A DNA stretch of 57,354 bases, filler included, from Platydemus manokwari (taxonomy: Eukaryota): assembly GCA_037951405.1 (NCBI GenBank). It is 5 parts of 5 records of this genome, joined end to end, with 100 filler letters (N's around TTAATTAATTAA, not from the genome) between each part and the next. Parts side by side here need not be neighbours in the genome. Positions count along the whole stretch, not along the records: positions 1 to 12,742 come from JBBMOY011834723.1; positions 12,843 to 22,029 come from JBBMOY011286206.1; 3 more parts are not named here. The stretch is one strand, 5' to 3'. Below are positions 1 to 15,157 of this stretch, piece after piece; position 1 is the stretch's first letter, and each line of letters begins with the position of its first letter. The position numbers and the translations under genes are program-made. The notes beneath the pieces are model-generated. The model was not told where the DNA came from. It ran no database searches and saw only the letters and a list, made by a program, of their open reading frames with translations.

Positions 1-5
1 CTTAC

Positions 6-623
6 TCGGTTGGATGAACGCCATTGCATTTCTCCTAGTTATAAACAATTATAAATTCATCAAATAATATTAATAATAAAACATATTCATTATCTTTTGA
101 TATATCTAAAGAATGTTCTGAAGCTTGTTCTGAGGAAACAAATTCTAAAACAAATCCATTGTTAAACGAAATTTCTTTTCAAAAATTATTATTTCACAAT
201 CCACTAATGCCATTATTTCCATGCTTTAACAAAAAAACCAAATAAAATCACCTTGCATCTTTCGAAAATGTTCCATAAAACTTCCATCACTTTTGAATGG
301 TAACTTGAAATGAATACAAATTACAATTCATCATTAATGAATTATAAAATCAAAAAAAACAAAAATAAACCTCAGTTTTCATTTCACTTTTAATGTTTAA
401 CTTACAATCACCTTCTGAAAATGAAATAAATTTACAACTAAATTCCATGATATTTATTTCAGAATAACCTTGACAACTATTATTAATATCCGAGATTATA
501 TTGAGCTGTAAAAGAATTTCACTTATTTTTAAAAATGTTTACAATGAAAAACTACCTCTGATTTAATTTCAGATTTCATAAAATTACCCTGAACTTCTTG
601 TAATCTTTGCTTAATTATTAATT
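6..623 (-). CDS. Partial multi-mini-exon gene with an FxxDGSFMExFxKMQ motif; SUGP1/SF4-like N-terminus (the motif is also found in TRIR)
   Basis: Six exons with canonical AG/GT edges splice in one open frame: 623-556, 505-469, 414-371, 303-252, 144-83, 34-6. Introns are 50, 54, 67, 107 and 48 nt, plus an upstream 48-nt intron at 671-624. Product: (Q)ELIIKQRLQEVQGNFMKSEIKSE-LNIISDINNSCQ-EGDCKLNIKSEMKTE-LPFKSDGSFMEHFRKMQ-EFVSSEQASEHSLDISKDNEY-EKCNGVHPT. QELIIKQRLQEVQ and FKSDGSFM resemble, from memory, SUGP1 QEELIAQKKREIE and FANDGSFL at similar spacing. The gene continues off the left edge. The structure is well supported; the identity is less certain. Confidence 0.7.
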
Positions 624-679
624 CTTAGTAAAATCATTTTACAATTGAAAATATTTTCATAATAATCTTACCTTGTTTT

Positions 680-1710
680 CTTTTTTTTGTTTATCCTCAA
701 TGTTTTGTTTAATTACTTCTCTATCTACTCTGCTGTTGGCGTACCACTGTGATCTGTTTATCTTCCTTCCAAATATAACTTCGACCGGACGAACGTCAAT
801 CGATTTTTGCATTGTAGCGTTAAATGTGTATTCGATCTATGGTATTTGTTAGTTTTCTATTGGCACTCTGTCTGTGATCAAACCTTCGCTGGATTATTGA
901 TGTCCCTTGCTTGTAGTTGGACCTTTGTTGTCCCCTTCTCTCTAGATTTGTATAAAATTTGTTCTCGTGATGTCCACGGTATTGAGATCTAAGGCACTTC
1001 ATGACATTCGTACAATTTATCGCCATGTGACCTACTCGGTGACAGGTGTAGCACGTCACGATTTTTATGCTTTTACAATTTCGTGCTATATGGCCTGTTT
1101 TTTGGCGATTATAGCACGTCCTATTACCTACCTTTCTTTCCGGAGGCCTGAGTTTTGGTTGCACTCTGACTACTGTGGTCCATTTTCTTGCTCCCATCGG
1201 GTTTACTTCTCTTTCTTTATTTATTACTTCATCTCGCTTTTTTACGGTTTTTATATTTGATCCACTTCCTCAATATCCCTAATTTTAGTTTCTTTCTCTA
1301 ACTCCACATCAACTGCTCAATGCACCAAGAGGAAATCAGTAGTTCCTCTTTAGTTATGTTGTCAGATGATATGACTTCCACCAGTTTATCTACCTTTTAA
1401 AATACACTTCCGCCAGAGTTGCCTTTCTTCTGAACCTTAGGGCCTCCATCCAATCCTGAGCCTTCCTCAGCCTGTCCTCGTACAACATATTAGCGTATGT
1501 CACCTCAAATTGCTCCACTAAGCCTTCGTGCTAGTACGTAGCGTGTTGGACATGCTTTAGAATTTTCCCAGCCTCAAAATATCAATTACACTTTTTAATA
1601 AAGTGTTCGACGTTTTCCCCTATTTTGAATCGGTCTGGCAACAACGAACCTAGCATCGCATCCACGTGCGTGGCCGCCTTGTTAGTTGCTAACACTTCTT
1701 CATTTTTCAT
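680..1710 (-). mobile_element. Decayed Ty3/Gypsy LTR retrotransposon: gag with three zinc knuckles, fused by internal deletion to an integrase tail
   Basis: ORF 820-1197 has CYNRQKTGHIARNC, CYTCHRVGHMAINC and a third degenerate knuckle. An interrupted gag starts near 1710 (MKNEEVLATNKAATHVDAMLGSLLPDRFKIGENVEHFIKKC then stop). About 845-680 reads IEYTFNATMQKSIDVRPVEVIFGRKIN, homologous to IEFIVNATYQSSIQYSSFEILFGRRNN in the integrase at 2739-3170. Confidence 0.85.
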
Positions 1711-2199
1711 GTTGGATTCAAAAGTCATAATTTTATAAGGCACAAATAATATATTTCCATATTACATCTTTTCCAAAGAAATATTCTATTATTTTCTATA
1801 TACTTTAAAATTTATAATTAAAATCCAAATTGATTTCAATTTTAAGTTTTGAAAATTATTATTTTTTTAACGCATTTTTTTGAGAGGTTACAGTAATATT
1901 TGAGTAAGTTAAATAAAAAAATAAAATATTTTTAATATAATCAATTAAATTTTTTTTAATTATTAATCATTATCTTATTTAAATTTTAAACCTCACAGTA
2001 ATATTTAAACTCAGTTTGTGTGTTACCTATCTTTTACTGTCGCATTTATATAGTCTCTCATCGTTCTACATTGTCGTTCAATTAATCATGGAATATTAAA
2101 ATTGACGATTCTGTCAAAGACTCCATTCCTGTAATTAAGTGTCTTCACCACATCGCTAAATCGTCTTTTGAAGCTTCCCACCATGTAATTAGGTGTTCC

Positions 2200-2450
2200 A
2201 AGCCCTCTGACATTTCTCCATTTGGTTGCGTTCTTGCTGTTCTTGTTTAAAATATTCACGCTTTTCTAAATTGGTGTAACATTCTTTTTCGTGATATATT
2301 GACATCTTTTACACTTTTTATATTTGGACAATTTCTGGTGTTATGGCTCTTTTCAAGGCAGGTATAAGATGTTACAACTTTAGGGGTGTGATAGTTTCGT
2401 GCTATATGTTACAGTTGTAACAAGAACTGGTCTCTATTCCCCTTACCTGC
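2200..2450 (-). mobile_element. Second, frameshifted Gypsy gag zinc-knuckle fragment, paralogous to 820-1197
   Basis: The minus strand reads SCYNC..HIARNYHTPKVVTSYTCLEKSHNTRNCPNIK..CYTNLEKRE with frameshifts, matching HIARNCKSIKIVTCYTC..YTNLERR of the first copy. Confidence 0.7.
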
Positions 2451-2514
2451 ACCTTTGGTTTATGATTGGCTTTTCGTCTCGTAATCCAGTCATCCTTTAT
2501 AAAGGCACTCACAT

Positions 2515-3199
2515 TTGGTGCCACTTATTCGACAAGATGAAACAAGTTTTTCTAAGGCCATCATCGATAAATGGATCTATAGATATGATGCCCCAAAATC
2601 AATGCTTACTGATCGGTGTAAAGTCTTCGAAGGAAGAGAAATGAAAGAATTAGCAATACGCTTTGGAATACAACAAGAATTTATCTCCCCATACCAACAT
2701 CAGGCAAATGGCTTAGCAGAAAGGATGATTAGGACGGTGTGAGACATGGTGGTACAACGATGGCATCAGAGAAACAGGCTTGGGATAAATTAATACCGCA
2801 GATAGAATTCATCGTCAATGCAACATATCAAAGTTCAATTCAATATTCTTCTTTTGAAATATTGTTTGGACGAAGAAATAATATGCATGGGTTACGACTA
2901 AATGAACCAAGCCATCACGATCAGATTATCAAAGAAACGGAAAACCACCTAAAATCAGTAGCCACAAACATAAAGAAATTCGATGATGAGAAAATATGTT
3001 GTAGAATTTTCACAGTCGGAGAAGAAGTTTTAGTGAATAAAGAACCACATGGAATAAAGAAGAACGGAGATCGTTGTGAAGGTCCTCACAGAATTTTGAA
3101 ATTTTTAAGTCCACATCAAGTTCTTCTTGATTTCCAAGGACAGCCAAAACCTCGAAGAATAAGTGGCTAAAAAGGATCTCAAAACAACGGGAGAGGGAA
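2515..3199 (+). mobile_element. Gypsy integrase fragment (core and C-terminal GPY/F-like region) followed by a polypurine tract
   Basis: PKSMLTDR..F, SPYQHQANGLAERMIRT (integrase core), WDKLIPQIEFIVNAT..FEILFGR and VGEEVLV..GPHRIL, split by a frameshift near 2740. A purine run GGGAGAGGGAAG lies at about 3188-3199, just after the stop. Confidence 0.88.
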
Positions 3200-5244
3200 G
3201 TTAGATAAAAAAATGAGATTTGTTTTAATATTAAAAACAAACAGTGTGATTTTGAAAATCGAAACAAATATTGATGTAATCTACTTATGTTTTTACTAAA
3301 CAATGACAATAATTTAAAAATAAATAAATAAAGGTAAATTAAAATATATAATTGTCAAATTATGCGATGTACAAATGAATGTCAGAAAATGATTAAATAT
3401 AAATTTACAAATATCAAAATTATTGCTTTTAGATGACAAATAAACATGCTTTTATTAATGTTTTCATTAGAGGCTAATGTTGTGTATACAAATTTTTATA
3501 GATCCATTTGCGGAGAGCTACGAGGTCATTAAATTCGAATTTATGATAGCTGGGATATACAAAATCCGGGAACTATAAAGTTAACACATTGACGGATAGT
3601 AGGAACAAATGAATTTCGAAATTTAACACTATATGTGCGTAATTAAGCTGCACGTCGTGTGATAAGTAAAAAAATTAAATTTAATAATTTAAAATAAAGA
3701 TTAATTTTAATTAATTATATTAAAGAATATTTATTATTTATATTGCTCAGACAGTTACTGTAATCTCTCATAAAGTGTTTTAAAAAATTATTCATAAAAT
3801 TTAAATTTTTAAAAAATGTTTTATAATAATCGGAATTTTTAAAAGGAATATTTGTTTTAATAATGTTTAATATGAAAATATATATTTTTTGCACTTTAAT
3901 AGTTATGAGTTTTCCATATAACCTAAAAAGCGACAAAGTGTTAGCCACTAACAATTTGTTTGCCATTTGATTGTTCAAACTATGATTTTTTAAATCTTCA
4001 TCCTAATATATGAAGGATAAATGTAATTTTGAATCTTTCCTTCAATTATAATCTTTATCACCATAGTCACGTATCCAGTTACTTACATTGTTTTCATTTC
4101 ACTCCACTCTATTTACACACATATGTTCATCTGTGTATTATTTTTATGTGTGCCAAGTTTAATTAAATACTATTAATCGTTCCGAGATCAGATTGTTATC
4201 AATAATGATGTGTCAATATCTGCATATAATTTTGAGTTATAAATATTTTTGTACGCTGACTTGTTGATGTGTTCTGCCATTTTTATATTTTTTATTAGCG
4301 ATTGTTTTTGCTGAAACTCACTAATAGATATTTATATTCAATTAAACGATAGTCGAATGGAACATGTCCACGACCATGTTGGAAGCGTTACGGATTCCAA
4401 AATATTTAAGGATACAAGTGATAAAGTAATTAATTTTTATTTAAATCATTTTCTGTTTCATTAATAATTGCTATATTATTTAAAGTATTGATTTATGTGT
4501 TGATATTCAGACTATTGATTGTTTATTAATATAATTTCCGATTTTCAGAACCAGATATTATAATATTGATTTTATTGTGCTAAAATAATAACGATAATAA
4601 TATCAATATTATGGTGATGCACATACCGATATTTGTTAATGTGATTTGGGAATTCCTTCTTAACATTGTGGCAAAAAGTAATTGGCTCTTATGATCACTG
4701 ATTTTCGACTGAGAATGGTGAGGGAAGGGTTTCATAGTGTAAATAAATCTTTTTATGAATGAGTAAAAATAAATTAACTGAAAACGTTCTCACACCGTTT
4801 TCGAATAGAAAAACAAAGACGATGAATAATATGAGGGAGCTTGGTTGGTAATAAACAAAACAAGCTTTAAACTAATAACTGGTATTATTTGCCCTCCCTG
4901 CAGTATGGGCCTTAGAATAGGGTTATAACTTATATGGTGATTTGTATTGCGCTGGAAAATGTATTATCAGAATGTACAGGTTGATGTTTTGCGATGACTT
5001 AGACACTTCGACCCAACAATAGCTAGAGAAATTAAACGTGTGATTTACTAATTTTAATCAATACTGCTGGATTTTGTTTTTACCGGTTAATTTGTTTATT
5101 GTTCTGTCATATACATGACACTCCTCTTTTATTTTATTGTTCACTTTATTTATCTATTTCGTAAATATATATTGTTTTATCAATTCAATATAGTGATGAT
5201 CACTTTCAACTTTTGTTATTGCTTTAATAATAGCAAAGATAATA

Positions 5245-5470
5245 CTGTAAAATCCCGAGTATAAGCTGCATCGCGTATTGGGTACAGATGACATTTTTAT
5301 AAAAATGTTTTGAGGTTTTGAGGAGTGTGATGTTGAAAATTGAAATAAATAATCTTATCTGCGATTTGAATTGTTTTTTAGTTGTTTAAGCTGCACATCA
5401 TATTAGCTGCAATTCAAAAATGTTGCCGTTATGTACGTATTCGCTGCAGCTTATACTCGGGATTTTACAG
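5245..5470. mobile_element. 226-bp MITE of the Tc1/mariner (pogo/Tigger-like) superfamily
   Basis: Perfect 26-bp terminal inverted repeats (CTGTAAAATCCCGAGTATAAGCTGCA ... TGCAGCTTATACTCGGGATTTTACAG), flanked by TA on both sides (5243-5244 and 5471-5472). No coding capacity. Confidence 0.9.
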
Positions 5471-8400
5471 TATATCTATTCTAATTATGCAATTTATTTT
5501 TGATAAATGTCTCTGGATAACCCAATTTATTGTCCTAGTTTAATCATCAAGCTATTTATGGAGCATGCGAGCAAGAATCTATCGATTTACTCAAATATTT
5601 ATTGAGTCATAATTATGGAAAATTAAATAACATAAGTAAATAAATGAATGACAAGGAATAAAAATTATTCTATTTATTTAAAAATACAAAAAATAAAATA
5701 AAATAAATTCATCCATTTAACACCGGGGGATGAGCATAAATACAGCCTTTTCTTCAGTACATTTCGCTCAGGGAAATATGCAGAATTCTAAAGTTACAAC
5801 AAACTCAAATAAGTAAATATAAAAATACATGATTTTGATAAAAATATAAAGGAGAAAACTTTTTTGAATAACGTTTTTTTATTTCGGAATCATTGGAAAA
5901 GTGAGAACGAGTTTTGTTAATGTCGATTCAAAATATAGAAAGAAGGTATAATATGTTTGAATACATAATCCAGGGGAAATCTATCAAGAATTCTTCCTAA
6001 ATACTATGTAATAATTCTTATATTAAACTCTTTGACCTAACAGCAGGGTTCTTATGTTATTCGTGAAATAATCACTTCATTGTTTTCAAATTCGATTGAG
6101 TTAAAGTCATGTGATTGGTTTGAATAATGTTCTGTGTTGATAAATAATGGTTTGATTGGGAATTTTCTTAAATAATGAGGTTTTTGATTTACCTGAATCA
6201 CACAATAGCGAATATAGAAAGAGTACTACAGATCATCGAATAGGAAACTACCGAATAATTGGTAACCATTAACAAAATGATTGAAGATAGAGAGTTTAAA
6301 ATTTATCTTGGTATTGTGATTATTTTGTATATCTAGTTCATATATAAGAAACAGGGTTTTAAGCAAAAACGTTCTGCAAATGTGTTCATAAATTGTTTAA
6401 GATAAATATTTCAGAGACTGACAGAGCAAGCGCGTTACTGCAGAGCTTTTATATTCATCTATATAATATAAAAACGCAATAATTCCTAACGTTCATACTA
6501 TTATCAAAATAATATAATAATAAAATGAATAAAAATGAAAAAAATAATGACAAAAATTTAGAAAAAAGCAAAAAACTTATAAGAAAGTAATTAAAGTTTT
6601 GCTACAAAACAATAAAAATAAGGCCAAAAGAGCAAATTAATTCCGCAAGATTTGTCTTTATTGAAAACATAGAAGTTATAAGGAAGCCAGCAAACTTTTT
6701 GCAGAAACGAAAGATACATAAATAAACAAAAAGGTTATTATAATGGCAAAGAAAGAAAACAAAAACCTTGAGCGTGGCCTCACAGAAAAAAATCTTGATT
6801 TGAAATCTTGGTAGATGTTATGCTATATACCTGTTATATTTAACCAGACTTGCATTTTTATCAGGCTTTACATTACTTGCATGAAATCAAAATTGTTTAT
6901 TCCGCCATACATTCATAAGCAATTACTCCATATTTTTATACATTAATAAATCAATTAATGCTTTCTCATTCAAAACAAGTGTAGTTCTCGAATCCCAAAA
7001 CATCTTTAAGGTAGTAATCTAGTGAAAATTCTTAAGAATCTTTGAAATAATTGGTTCAATTAGTCTTTTTTCAGTTTTCTTACGTTTTAAAATTTTAGAA
7101 TTAAAATACGAATACGTTTCAATATGTCTTACTGTATAAATTGTATATATCATTAATTGGAACTAAAAGCATTGGTATTAATTATTTTTCTTATAATATT
7201 TTAAGTATTCACTTTTCGTTACAGCTGAATTATTGAAATTGCCTCGTAATTTTTGATTCTTGGTTGAACCACTCTTTTTGCGAGTTCACAATAACGGCAC
7301 CTGTGAACTATTTCCTTAAACATTGTATTGCTTTTTCTATTAATTTATATTATTGTATTTACAATTAATTACTTCATTTTTTTAATTGTGGAAATTTAGC
7401 ATAAACCAGGCATAACCATTACCGAATATACATTTAATCTTATACATTCTTAAACAATGAGGGAATTAAGTCGATCAACACTATTCAAGCTTAAAATAGC
7501 ATGAAAAATATTTTTCAGATATAAATTAGTTACTCCAATTATCGATATTTGGATTGAGTTGAAATGAATTTCAGTGGCATTGACCTTGTTCTTATAATAT
7601 TTGCCACCAATTTATATGCCCAGCTGATTTACTGGGTGTCTAGGTGTTCCTATTTGAATCTTCAGAATTGTAATTGATTATATATATTTCAGAAGGCTTA
7701 CTAAATCAAAATACCAATTATTTGTTCTTATATATGCCCTATATTAGGTTCAATGATTGCTCATAACATTTGGATTTAAGATTTCCAAGAATAACTACCA
7801 AATTATAGACCTTTCTTGGTTTTAGATTTTTGTCAAGACCCTTATTCAAATAATGTCTACTTTATTTTGTGACAGGTTTCAAAAACGTTTCGATTTAAAT
7901 TTTTATAAATATTGTACAAACAATTAAACACAAAGAAATAATTATTTTTCATACACGTTTGTTAGTTCTTATATGGTTATGTTAATGTCCTGACAGTTTA
8001 ATTTATACAGGACATACAATTGCACAATCCCCCACCCCTATTACCAAGCAATTAGTGATAAAAAAACATTGTTGTGTGTTGAATTCAATCAGATAATTAT
8101 TGGATGAGGAACTTATGTTATACTCGATATTGGGGAGAATAAAGAACAAATTAAATATATAATATTCTTAATAATGGAGCAGAACACACCATCATTACTC
8201 AACTTCACTCAAATACTAATAAGCTTGAGTACGTGTTATTATATCACTATATTTCTCATAAAATATAAGAAAAATTGAAGAAAAAGTACCAGTAAAGATG
8301 TTTTATGGAATTTTATACTTATTATCCAATAATCTATGACTAGTATTTATCATGTTCTATTCGTTGAGATAGAATGAGGGATAGCAGAATATATTTTTAT

Positions 8401-8941
8401 TTCAATTTTTAAAATAATTTTTGTGATATCACTGTGAGTTTCCATTAAACATTTCTTATTATCAGTATCACACTAATTCCATTAAAATCCAAAGTAAAAT
8501 AATTGCCATTGCACTAACTGTGAGTCAGATAAATTTTATTTGATAAAACATTAAATAAGCTCAACGATATCTAAAATATTAATTTTTCTTTAATATAATT
8601 ATCATCTTTACAACTCAATGGTCTCACCACTCTTACAGAGTTAATGTGCAAAATTTTGACTTTCTATTCGTATTAATTTGAAATTGTAACCTAATTTTTT
8701 TATAAATTTGAATTTAGATTTTATACTTATACTTTATTATTTATTATTCTTCCGAATTATATATATAAATTCCATATTAAAGTTTTTTATTTTACTGTTG
8801 TACTGTATTGAAATTGTTTAAATACTATAATTGTCAATTAATACTTTGATTGTAAACATTTACTGATGTTAAAGATTTAACTCATTGCAATTTGATTCAT
8901 TTTTACAACTTAATTAATTTTTCTTTGCATATTAATTTTAG

Positions 8942-11981
<3,040 letters not shown>

Positions 11982-12742
11982 TGATGATTTCATCACATTC
12001 ATATTTTTTAATATTAACATTATGGGGCATATTGCTTATTATTTCGATCATTTTAATATTTATTTAATATTTCACATTAGTCGATGAAATATTTCCATAT
12101 TTCGACATCTATTTGAATCTCTTTATCATTTCTAATCAATATCGCTAGTTATAACGAAACGACAATTTTAAACATTTGATCGTCATTATATTGGCTACAA
12201 GAACAAGAAGCGGAAATTCTATTTATAAATACTTCCAAGCTGTATGTGCTGTGAGCAACTGTGTGGCAAATAACTAATTGTGATTGGTCAATATTTATTT
12301 GATGAGCAAATCACCATTTTTGATTTTCAAAACAAAATTTAATGAATTAATAATGCCAATGAATATTTTTAGTTGAAAAATTATTTTGATATTATTTATA
12401 ATTTTATAGCTTTCAAATTATCATCACTCTTATTTAATAATTTGTCATTTACTAGCATTTTCAAACATTTTATCAATTTTCTCGAAACATTTTTTGGACA
12501 TTCTTTATTATAGATTTCACTCTATTAATTGCACTCTCTATATATCACTATTTTTACTTGTATTTCATTATCATTATTTTTATTTTAATAATAATAATGT
12601 AAATATTAATTGGAATAATAATAATGCTAGCATAAACAATTGTATGGATATTAATTGGAATAAATATGAAAATTATAATTATGTTTTTAATTATATATCA
12701 CTAATTAGTTACGATTATTATTATTGCCATTATTATTATTCT

Positions 12743-12842
12743 NNNNNNNNNNNNNNNNNNNNNNNNNNNNNNNNNNNNNNNNNNNNTTAATTAATTAANN
12801 NNNNNNNNNNNNNNNNNNNNNNNNNNNNNNNNNNNNNNNNNN
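12743..12842. other. Artificial contig-joining spacer (44N-TTAATTAATTAA-44N)
   Basis: An identical 100-nt pattern occurs four times. The 12-mer places stop codons in all six frames. Confidence 0.97.
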
Positions 12843-13316
12843 GGAAAAATTCAGTAACTAATTAAATTTAATTCATTTGATCTAATTATATAACAAATAT
12901 TAATACACTGATACTAATACTTCCTAGGATGTATATACGTGCTTCTTATGATTGAAAAATTGTAATAAAAAGATACAAAGACCTTTAAAAGAATGAAGAA
13001 TGATTTAAAATTTAAATGCATAAATCAGAAAATAATATATAACTTGATTTTACAAATGTTTTAAGATTTATCTGTTGTAAAACTAAAAATTTTCAATTTT
13101 ACGTAGAAATATCCATAAACTAAAATTTAATATTATTAAACTTTTCATGTTCAATACAAAGTTAATTGTTTAAACTCTTTGAAAAAGTCAATAAATTTAT
13201 AGGTTATAAAAGATTGTTATATTTATAATTACTTCAAATATTAATAACTTCATAATTAATGTTATATTCAAACATAAATAATCAAATTAAAATTATTTCA
13301 ACAACTTCCACTTTAC

Positions 13317-14319
13317 CTGGGCTTGTATTGGAGTTGGTTGAGTAAATCCAGACTTTCGAATCGCTGATATTAATTTTTCGTCAAATCCAAAATGCCCGAA
13401 TGAGCAAACTGGCTTAGGAGGTAAAATGCCACATACATGTATACCAAGTTTTTTCAGTAACGAATCTACTTCCATCATACTTAATGAGGCAATTTCTGGA
13501 TGTGGAGTATAAAAATTTTTTTCAAATGGAAGATAATTAATCATTGAATGATCTGTACAAGGCAATGGTTCAATCACCTATAAAAGTTTAAATAGTTTGG
13601 AAAGTAATTCAGCCGAACCTTTTTTTCTTTATTAATAATATTTCCTTCTTCATCATATTCATAAACTATATCATCTTCGTCGCCGTTCCCAACGTGAGGA
13701 TTTTGTTCCATAAACTTTATGTAAGACTCGATTTCATCCTCGCGCTCAAGATCAATTCGTAAAGCTCTTTAAAGTATTAAATTTATTTCATTATATTCAT
13801 AAATCACTAACTTATTCTTTGATGTCTTTGGCTGCTTAAGTTTTTTCAATTCATTCTAAAAACATATACGGAATAATTAAAGACCAAATAACAATATACA
13901 TCAATTTCATTCATGTATGCATCCAATGGATCTTCAGAAGCATCGCTATTATTATCGGATTTGTCAGCTTTTAAAGCTGTAGGACTATTTGGTGCAGGAA
14001 TGTATTCAAGATCATATGAATTTCTGGTTTCCTCTTCTTCATTAAAATACCTTTTTACTAATGAAAAAAACGCTATAATAATTATTTAATATTACTCATC
14101 CTCATCTTTAATACGACGCTTTCCTAGACTTGAAACAGTTCTTGATACTGCCGCATGTGGTACAGCAGCCGCACCAAGTGGATTATCGTATTGAGACCTG
14201 GTATGTGTCATTAAACATGGTGGAGGAGGATTAGCATTATATGATCGTTTAGAAATTTCAGAATTAGTGGATGATTTTTGAAAATTAATACCCCATGTAT
14301 TTCTTTGATGACCGGACAT
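13317..14319 (-). CDS. DDX42: DEAD-box RNA helicase DDX42 (SF3b125); first five exons up to the Q motif, rest cut off by the contig end
   Basis: Exons 14319-14096, 14050-13900, 13855-13812, 13766-13619 and 13577-13317 (introns 45, 44, 45, 41 nt) splice in frame. They give GKRRIKDEDEYFNEEE..LEYIPAPNSPT..EDPLDAYMNEI..RIDLEREDEIESYIKFMEQNP..YEYDEEGN..VIEPLPCTDHSMINYLPFEKNFY..SFGHFGFDEKLISAIRKSGFTQPTPIQAQ, collinear with the DDX42 N-terminus. Confidence 0.93.
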
Positions 14320-15157
14320 TTAATTAAATAATATCTAAAATAACTAATTCACATACAAAACATAAATTATATTTAAAAAACATCAATGTAACTTAATTTA
14401 AACAAAATACATAAATATTTGTAATTGTGTTATATTTCTAATGTCAATGAAAAACATCAATTTCAGCAAATCCAGATCTCACGTAATAGTAAATAAAAAG
14501 TCAAAATTTAGATTTTTAAAGGTTTTAAGATCATACATAGATATTCATCAGTTGTGAATATTACAGATTTTCAAGCGCATCATGATAAATTATTTATACT
14601 TCATTTTCGTACAATATGTATCAATTTCCCACAGTAAATTTCTCTAAAACATTTTTCCACTGAGTGTAAAAAGGAATTTTTTGGAATTTAAAATCATTCC
14701 CAATGTTTTGCATCTGAGTCAAGCGGCACTTAGTTCCCTCCGTTGATTTTTACTTATTTTCTTTTAAAATTTAACATTACACATTTGCTAATCTGTAATA
14801 CAGTGAGTATATTTATTATATTGTTCATTGTTGCTTATTTATTGTTGTATTAGACCTAACTAATTATCTGTTGGCTGTCAGATCCTTGGTTCATTTTTCA
14901 TTAAGATAAATTCTTGGGTTCCACTAGTGCATCGGTATTTAATGAAATTTTGAATTAGACTATGGCGCTGCCCTCAATCCTTAATCTAATTCATTTCAAA
15001 CTTTAAGTTGTGTTTATAAATCTATAAAAATGACAACAAATTAGCTTTATTAATTCAGCAATGATTAATTATAGAAATAGTGATATATTAACTACACAAT
15101 TATGCAAGATGAATTCAAATATTACGTTACTGATTTTGAAACAAAAGGTTTAGTGAG

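Noticed and set aside
3500-3580. Exon-like plus-strand blocks (DPFAESYE / WDIQNPGTIK)
   Set aside because: The implied intron is only about 25 nt, well below the 41-nt minimum seen in the confident genes; no further support.
5965-5996. GRILDRFP resembling the uDENN start of SBF1/SBF2
   Set aside because: The following conserved ELFCQP-type segment and the upstream DYF motif are absent.
7560-7860. Minus-strand GTPRHP resembling an integrase GRPRHPQSQG motif
   Set aside because: One short motif amid stops; too decayed to call as a feature.
12494-12790. Asn/Tyr-rich ORF, and similar ORFs such as 27113-27307
   Set aside because: Translations of AAT/TAT low-complexity DNA with non-ATG starts; this one runs into Ns.
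12787-12798. TTAATTAATTAA palindrome repeated four times at roughly 9-10 kb intervals
   Set aside because: It is always embedded in 44 N on each side, so it is an assembly linker and not a biological repeat or CRISPR.
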